Below the pieces are notes generated by a model. That model saw only the letters and a program-made list of their open reading frames with translations, ran no database searches and had not been told where the DNA came from. Below, in pieces: positions 57,947-64,000 of a stretch of DNA of 64,000 bases. Within the stretch, counting starts at the first letter, position 1; each line of letters opens with the position of its first letter. Position numbers and translations under genes: made by a program. Source of the DNA: Saccharofermentanales bacterium (GTDB lineage: Bacteria > Bacillota > Clostridia > Saccharofermentanales > DTU023); contig JBMNJV010000001.1 of NCBI GenBank assembly GCA_050951845.1, forward strand, positions 510,179-574,178, read 5' to 3'.

Positions 57947-59422
57947 ATGAAAAACGGATTAGCTATACAGTATTTTGAATGGTATTTGCCGAATGACGGT
58001 AAGCTTTGGCAACGTATACGTGAAGACATACCCCAGCTCAGGGAAATGGGCGTTACAGCTGTATGGATTCCACCTTGTTATAAAGGTCAAAGTTCAAATG
58101 ATGTCGGTTACGGTGCTTATGATTTATATGATTTAGGTGAATTTAATCAAAAAGGTACCGTGCGCACAAAATATGGAACTTTGGGGGAATTACAAGAAAC
58201 AATAGCTGCTTTACACGATAATGGCATTCAAGTTTATGCAGATACTGTATTGAATCATAAAGCGGGTGCTGATCAAACGGAAATTTTTCGAATTGTGGAA
58301 GTGGATCCGGAAGAACGCGAAACAGAAATTTCCGAACCATATGACATTGAAGGCTGGACGCGATTTTTCTTTTCGGGACGAGCAGGAAAATATTCTCAAT
58401 TTGAATGGTATCATCAACATTTCACAGCAGTTGACTTTGATCAAAGAACCGGAAATAAAGGGATTTTCAAAATTCTCGGTGAAATTCAGGGGGAGTCAAA
58501 GGATTTTTCAGAGAATGTTACCGAGGAAGAAAAAGGCAACTACGATTATTTGATGCATGCTGATGTGGATTACAATAATCCTGATGTGATTGAAGAAATC
58601 AAACGCTGGGGTTCCTGGTTTATTAAAAAATTAAATCTGGACGGTTTGCGTCTGGATGCTTTGAAGCATATTGATTTAGAGTTTATTAATGACTGGACTA
58701 ATCATGTCCGAGAAGAAAGCGGCCGTGAGCTATATGTTGTCGGTGAATATTGGAACGGTGACTATGATGTTTTACGCGAAGTCTTGGATAAAGTAGGAGA
58801 AAAACTCGCATTGTTCGATGTGCCTTTGCATTTTCGATTTTTTGATGCTGCCAAACAGGGAAAAACTTATGATTTGAGCAAAATTTTTGAAAAGACTCTT
58901 GTTAATGATGATCCGGATCATGTGATGACGTTCGTCGATAATCATGATTCTCAATTGGGACAATCTCTGGAATCTTGGGTTGACGATTGGTTCAAACCAC
59001 TGGCCTATGCATTAATTCTTTTGCGCAAAAACGGATATCCTTGTCTGTTTTACGGAGATTACTTCGGTTGTGGCGGTGAAACTCCGGTAGAAAGTAAAAA
59101 AGCTATGCTGGATCCTCTGCTCAGAGCAAGGAAGTATTATGCATATGGTGAGCAAATTGACTATTTCGATCATCCGAATTGTATCGCTTTTCAAAGAATG
59201 GGCGAAGCGGATAATCCTGATTCAGGTTTATTATGTATCATGAGTAACGGCGAAGCGGGCTATAAAGATATAACCTTTAGTCAGGAGTTTGCCGCCAGAG
59301 TATTTTACGACATTACAGGTAACAGAGAGGAAATGATTACTTTGGATAAGCAAGGACAAGGTCGTTTCTTCTGTGACGGAGGTTCCGTATCAGTTTGGGT
59401 ACTGCAACCGCAAAAAGAATAA
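57947..59422 (+). CDS. cytoplasmic alpha-amylase (GH13)
   Basis: No signal peptide. GH13 conserved regions DTVLNH, GLRLDALKH, VGEYW and FVDNHD. Start refined to the ATG at 57947. Confidence 0.8.
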   Translation: MKNGLAIQYFEWYLPNDGKLWQRIREDIPQLREMGVTAVWIPPCYKGQSSNDVGYGAYDLYDLGEFNQKGTVRTKYGTLGELQETIAALHDNGIQVYADTVLNHKAGADQTEIFRIVEVDPEERETEISEPYDIEGWTRFFFSGRAGKYSQFEWYHQHFTAVDFDQRTGNKGIFKILGEIQGESKDFSENVTEEEKGNYDYLMHADVDYNNPDVIEEIKRWGSWFIKKLNLDGLRLDALKHIDLEFINDWTNHVREESGRELYVVGEYWNGDYDVLREVLDKVGEKLALFDVPLHFRFFDAAKQGKTYDLSKIFEKTLVNDDPDHVMTFVDNHDSQLGQSLESWVDDWFKPLAYALILLRKNGYPCLFYGDYFGCGGETPVESKKAMLDPLLRARKYYAYGEQIDYFDHPNCIAFQRMGEADNPDSGLLCIMSNGEAGYKDITFSQEFAARVFYDITGNREEMITLDKQGQGRFFCDGGSVSVWVLQPQKE

Positions 59423-59525
59423 CCTGATTATTGTCTGATACTTTAATCGGAAATGGTTTCAGAAGATCTCTGGCGACTATCTCGGAAAAGCGACTATTGA
59501 CTATTTCGGAAAGGGGATTAGGAAA

Positions 59526-59789
59526 ATGAAAAATATTAAAATGTTTATGTTTGATTCATGTCCGCATTGCCAATTGGCCTTAAGATATTTGAGAGAATTA
59601 CAAAGTCAGGACAAATATAAAGATCTTGAAGTCGAGATGATCAATGAGCGCAAACAACCGGAAATCGCCGGTCAATATGATTATTACTATGTTCCGACAT
59701 TTTATGTTGATGAAGAAAAAATCCATGAAGGCAGTGTCAAAATAGAAGATATCCGACGAGTTTTAGATTTTGCTTTAAACTCACAATAA
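59526..59789 (+). CDS. glutaredoxin-like/thioredoxin-fold protein (CPHC)
   Basis: 87 aa. An N-terminal beta-strand is followed by the CPHC redox motif, with VPTFYVD later. Confidence 0.5.
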   Translation: MKNIKMFMFDSCPHCQLALRYLRELQSQDKYKDLEVEMINERKQPEIAGQYDYYYVPTFYVDEEKIHEGSVKIEDIRRVLDFALNSQ

Positions 59790-59925
59790 AGATATGCCCG
59801 AAAACAGATATACATACATTTCCGGATTTAGTGCTACACCATCGGTAAAAAGTATACTAAATCACATAAATTCAATTCCGTAAGGAAGTTGTCCCGATTC
59901 CATAGTAAAATTGGCTTTACAACAC

Positions 59926-59954
59926 CATTTTTTACTGATAGAATAAATTGCTGT
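59926..59954 (+). promoter_or_regulatory. candidate sigma-A promoter of the str operon
   Basis: tttaca-17 nt-tagaat, about 90 nt upstream of rpsL. Confidence 0.4.
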
Positions 59955-60040
59955 ATTTTCGGACAATGGCTTTCAGTTATTGTTTTTATGCCGATTGTTA
60001 AGAAAAAACAGGTTAAAAATTAATGAAAGGGGGAAAATAG

Positions 60041-60460
60041 ATGCCTACATTTAACCAGCTGGTCAAAAAAGGTCGCTCATCCAAAAAAGACAAGTCGGAT
60101 TCACCTGCCTTGGGTTACGGAATGAACTCATTGCGCGGTCGTGCTTCGAGATACAATTCACCGCAAAAACGCGGAGTTTGTACTTCAGTAAAAACGACCA
60201 CACCGAAAAAACCGAATTCGGCATTGCGTAAAGTTGCCAGAGTACGTCTGACCAATCAGATGGAAGTATCAGCGTATATTCCGGGTATCGGTCACAATTT
60301 ACAAGAACATAGTGTTGTTTTGATTCGTGGTGGTCGTGTTAAGGATTTACCGGGTGTTCGTTATCACGTAATTCGTGGAACATTGGATACAGCAGGCGTA
60401 TCAGATCGCAAACAGGGTCGCTCAAAATATGGAGCGAAGAGACCAAGATCCGTCACGTAA
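60041..60460 (+). CDS. rpsL: 30S ribosomal protein S12
   Basis: [12 protein letters not shown]...PQKRGVCT...[17 protein letters not shown]. Confidence 0.95.
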   Translation: MPTFNQLVKKGRSSKKDKSDSPALGYGMNSLRGRASRYNSPQKRGVCTSVKTTTPKKPNSALRKVARVRLTNQMEVSAYIPGIGHNLQEHSVVLIRGGRVKDLPGVRYHVIRGTLDTAGVSDRKQGRSKYGAKRPRSVT

Positions 60461-60610
60461 TCAGACGGAATCGATCGGTTGGACAATCTATGTCGCAGAA
60501 AGCCTCTATTTTTCCTTATGAAATATCCGGGTCTTTCTGGCCTGACACGATCCAAACCGTGAGTACCTATGATTTCGGTAGTACCGTATAATCATGAAAG
60601 GAGGGAAGAA

Positions 60611-61081
60611 ATGCCAAGAAAAGGCCATGTTCCAAAGAGAGAAATATTACCTGATCCGCAATACCATGACTTAAAGGTCGCAAAATTAATCAATATGGTA
60701 ATGTTGGACGGTAAAAAAACTTTGGCTCAAAGAATTGTTTACGGTGCATTTGATATTATCAAAGAACGCACGGAACAAGAGCCGATAGAAGTTTATTATC
60801 AAGCTTTAGAGAATGTTATGCCTATGCTGGAAGTTAAAGCCAGACGTGTCGGCGGTTCAAACTATCAAGTTCCGATTGAAGTCAGACCTGAAAGACGTCA
60901 AACTTTAGCTTTGCGTTGGATTGTCGGCGCTGCTCGTGCACGTCATGAACGTAGTATGAAGCAACGTTTAGCCAATGAAATTTTAGATGCAAACAACAGC
61001 ACCGGTTCAGCATTCAGAAAAAAAGAAGAAATGCATCGTATGGCAGAAGCAAATCGTGCTTTCGCCCACTACAGATGGTAA
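60611..61081 (+). CDS. rpsG: 30S ribosomal protein S7
   Basis: Starts [16 protein letters not shown] after aaaggaggg. The upstream in-frame extension is rejected. Confidence 0.95.
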   Translation: MPRKGHVPKREILPDPQYHDLKVAKLINMVMLDGKKTLAQRIVYGAFDIIKERTEQEPIEVYYQALENVMPMLEVKARRVGGSNYQVPIEVRPERRQTLALRWIVGAARARHERSMKQRLANEILDANNSTGSAFRKKEEMHRMAEANRAFAHYRW

Positions 61082-61135
61082 GTTAAGCCATCAGAAGGTA
61101 TGTTATGAGTTTATTAATGGAAGGAGTTTACCCGC

Positions 61136-63205
61136 ATGCCTAGAGAATTTTCATTAGAAAATACAAGAAATATAGGCATAATGGCGCATATTGATGCCGG
61201 CAAAACTACTACGACCGAAAGAATTCTGTATTATACAGGAAAAATTCATCGTTTAGGAGAAACCCATGAGGGTGCTGCCACCATGGATTGGATGGAGCAA
61301 GAGCAGGAACGCGGTATTACAATCACTTCAGCTGCTACTACAGCCCAGTGGAAAGAGCGGAGAATCAATATTATCGACACACCCGGACACGTCGACTTCA
61401 CTGTTGAGGTGGAGCGTTCTTTGCGTGTTCTGGACGGTGCCGTAACGGTATTTTGTGCCAAAAGCGGTGTTGAACCCCAAACTGAAACTGTTTGGCGTCA
61501 GGCAGACACTTATGGTGTTCCCAGAATGGCCTATATTAATAAAATGGATATTTTGGGTGCCGACTTTTTCAATGTTGTCAAAATGATCAGAGATCGTCTG
61601 GGTGCTAATCCGGTCCCGATTCAATTGCCGATCGGCAAGGAAGAAAATTTTACAGGTATTATAGATTTAATGACTATGAAAGCTGTAATTTATAAAAATG
61701 ACGAAGGTACCGAGATTGAAGAATCGGATGTTCCTGCAGAATTGATGGATGAAGCCAAGCTTTATCGTGATCAAATGGTTACAGCCATTGCCGAAACAGA
61801 TGATGATCTGGCAGAAAAATTCCTGATGGAAGAAGAAATTTCTGTTGAAGAATTGAAAAAGGCTTTACGCAAAGCAACAATCAGTACGGAAATTGTGCCG
61901 GTTGTCTGCGGTACATCATATAAGAATAAAGGTGTGCAATTGCTCTTAGACGCAGTTGTTGATTACATGCCATCTCCGTTGGATATTCCTGCGATTGACG
62001 GCATTAATCCCGTAACCGGTGAAGAAGACAAACGTCATGCCGATGACAGTGAACCTTTCTCAGCCTTAGCATTTAAAATTATGACTGACCCGTATGTCGG
62101 TAAATTGTGTTTTTTCAGAGTTTATTCCGGCACATTGGAATCGGGATCATATGTTTATAATTCGATCAAAGAACAGCGAGAACGTATCGGACGTATTCTG
62201 CTGATGCACTCTAACCATCGGGAAGAGACCGACAAGGTATATTCCGGTGACATAGCGGCTGCAGTAGGTTTAAAAAACACATCAACCGGTGAAACTCTAT
62301 GTGATGAGAAAAATCCGATAGTATTGGAATCCATGGATTTTCCTGAACCTGTTCTTTCGGTTGCAATTGAACCTAAATCCAAAGCTTCACAGGAAAAACT
62401 GATTATAGCTTTGGCAAAATTGGCGGAAGAAGATCCGACTTTTAAGACCAGAACAGACAGTGAAACCGGACAAACCTTGATTTCAGGTATGGGCGAATTA
62501 CATTTAGACATTATTGTCGATCGTTTATTCCGGGAATTTAAGGTTGAAGCCAATGTCGGCGAACCGCAGGTTGCATACAGAGAAACCATTACGAAAGCGG
62601 TTGAAGCGGAAGGCAGATTTGTCCGGCAAACAGGCGGCCGCGGTCAATACGGACACTGTGTTGTTCAATTTGAGCCGTTACCTGCCGATCAGGCATATGA
62701 GTTTGTGGATAAAGTTGTCGGCGGATCTGTTCCCAGAGAATACATCGGCTCGGTAGATGAAGGAATTCGCGAAGCGTTGCTTTCCGGTGAAATTGCCGGT
62801 TATCCTGTAGTAGGTGTCAAAGCAACTCTGATTGACGGTTCATATCACGATGTTGATTCGTCTGAACTGGCTTTCAAAATTGCCGGCTCAATGGCTTTAA
62901 AAGAAGCTATGCGCAAAGGCAATTCAGTATTGTTGGAACCCATGATGAAAGTGGACGTGGTTATACCGGAGGAATATATGGGTGATGTTATGGGTGACTT
63001 AAGTTCACGTCGCGGGCAGATTTTGGGTAATGAACCTCGCGGCAATACCGTAGTCATTTCAGCTTATGTACCATTATCCGAAATGTTCGGTTATGCAACC
63101 AATTTGCGTTCCAGAACCCAGGGCCGCGGTACATTCGTAATGCAAATTGATCATTATGAAAGAGTACCGGGTAATATAACAGAGAGCTTTTCAGCTCGTT
63201 ATTAA
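61136..63205 (+). CDS. fusA: elongation factor G
   Basis: [23 protein letters not shown] and NKMD, with full five-domain length (689 aa). Confidence 0.95.
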   Translation: MPREFSLENTRNIGIMAHIDAGKTTTTERILYYTGKIHRLGETHEGAATMDWMEQEQERGITITSAATTAQWKERRINIIDTPGHVDFTVEVERSLRVLDGAVTVFCAKSGVEPQTETVWRQADTYGVPRMAYINKMDILGADFFNVVKMIRDRLGANPVPIQLPIGKEENFTGIIDLMTMKAVIYKNDEGTEIEESDVPAELMDEAKLYRDQMVTAIAETDDDLAEKFLMEEEISVEELKKALRKATISTEIVPVVCGTSYKNKGVQLLLDAVVDYMPSPLDIPAIDGINPVTGEEDKRHADDSEPFSALAFKIMTDPYVGKLCFFRVYSGTLESGSYVYNSIKEQRERIGRILLMHSNHREETDKVYSGDIAAAVGLKNTSTGETLCDEKNPIVLESMDFPEPVLSVAIEPKSKASQEKLIIALAKLAEEDPTFKTRTDSETGQTLISGMGELHLDIIVDRLFREFKVEANVGEPQVAYRETITKAVEAEGRFVRQTGGRGQYGHCVVQFEPLPADQAYEFVDKVVGGSVPREYIGSVDEGIREALLSGEIAGYPVVGVKATLIDGSYHDVDSSELAFKIAGSMALKEAMRKGNSVLLEPMMKVDVVIPEEYMGDVMGDLSSRRGQILGNEPRGNTVVISAYVPLSEMFGYATNLRSRTQGRGTFVMQIDHYERVPGNITESFSARY

Positions 63206-63342
63206 TTAACAAAACAGTCCATTAATTGAATGAACTGTTGAATGATTGCCAAAGTGCAATAAATGTGTAAAATATAAAAGAGATAATTAAAGAAAGAAAT
63301 AATGATCAGTACAATGCTGTATCAATAAGGAGGATCTTTTTA

Positions 63343-64000
63343 ATGGCTAAAGCAACGTTTGAAAGAAACAAGCCGCACGTTAACGTAGGAACATTAGGAC
63401 ACGTTGACCATGGTAAGACAACACTTACCGCCGCGATTACAAAAGTACTTGCTATGCAAGGCGGTGCAGATTTTACAGATTATGCAAATATCGATAAAGC
63501 ACCCGAAGAAAGACAACGTGGTATTACAATCAGTACATCACACGTAGAGTATGAAACAGAAAATCGTCACTATGCTCACGTAGACTGTCCGGGACATGCT
63601 GACTATATCAAAAATATGATTACCGGCGCTGCCCAAATGGACGGTGCTATCTTAGTAGTATCAGCTGCTGACGGTCCGATGCCGCAAACTCGTGAACACA
63701 TCTTGTTAGCCCGCCAAGTAGGCGTTCCGACAATTGTTGTTTACATGAATAAAACAGACCAAGTTGATGATGAAGAATTATTAGAATTAGTTGAAATGGA
63801 AGTCCGTGAACTCTTAAGCGAATACGAATATGACGGAGACAACACACCTGTAGTTCGCGGTTCAGCCTTAAAAGCTCTGGAAAGCACAAGCGATGACATC
63901 AATGCACCTGAATATGCATCAATTCTTGAACTGATGGCAGAAGTTGACGAATTCATTCCGACACCTGACCGTGCAACCGATTTACCGTTTGCTATGCCGG
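63343..64000 (+). CDS. tuf: elongation factor Tu (3' end outside window)
   Basis: ATG at 63343, 8 nt after aaggagg. [27 protein letters not shown]...DCPGHADY...NKTD. The frame is open to the window end, so it is absent from the ORF track. Confidence 0.95.
   Translation, partial: MAKATFERNKPHVNVGTLGHVDHGKTTLTAAITKVLAMQGGADFTDYANIDKAPEERQRGITISTSHVEYETENRHYAHVDCPGHADYIKNMITGAAQMDGAILVVSAADGPMPQTREHILLARQVGVPTIVVYMNKTDQVDDEELLELVEMEVRELLSEYEYDGDNTPVVRGSALKALESTSDDINAPEYASILELMAEVDEFIPTPDRATDLPFAMP

Noticed and set aside
61246-63956. Minus-strand and alternative-frame ORFs within fusA and tuf (for example 62155-62589 and 63647-63956).
   Set aside because: They lie inside highly conserved translation-factor genes, whose codon bias leaves long antisense open frames.

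Overview
This is a chromosomal segment from a low-GC, T-box-using Bacillota (Firmicutes)-type anaerobe, and most of it is ordinary housekeeping and metabolic content. It carries larE (partial)-larB-larC nickel-pincer cofactor genes followed by an orphan SPASM radical SAM maturase. It also carries an ABC-2 exporter, dps, tRNA-Val(GAC), ppa, T-box-controlled thrS, murE, an arginase-family gene, yebC, sbcDC, GTP-dependent PEPCK and a malic enzyme. Further along are a ROK-regulated sugar ABC/kinase/aldolase locus, a cytoplasmic alpha-amylase and the start of the str operon (rpsL-rpsG-fusA-tuf, with tuf cut by the window end). Four things are unusual. (i) A GC-rich two-gene insert encodes a Cys-rich radical SAM enzyme and a divergent G3E/CobW-like GTPase behind a ~360-nt structured upstream region. 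(ii) A repeat family I cannot assign to any known class forms three arrays, each of exactly three ~59-bp imperfect palindromes on a 91-92-bp period. All three arrays are co-oriented with the upstream gene, and two of them lie inverted around the thrS segment. (iii) The third array sits beside an intact IS66-family element with 23-bp terminal inverted repeats and an 8-bp target duplication. (iv) A P-loop/Asp23 fusion protein has a membrane partner. There are also several in-frame VNTRs and short tandem repeats. I found no CRISPR array, rRNA, prophage or recognisable defence system. All family assignments come from reading motifs in the translated ORFs, not from database searches.
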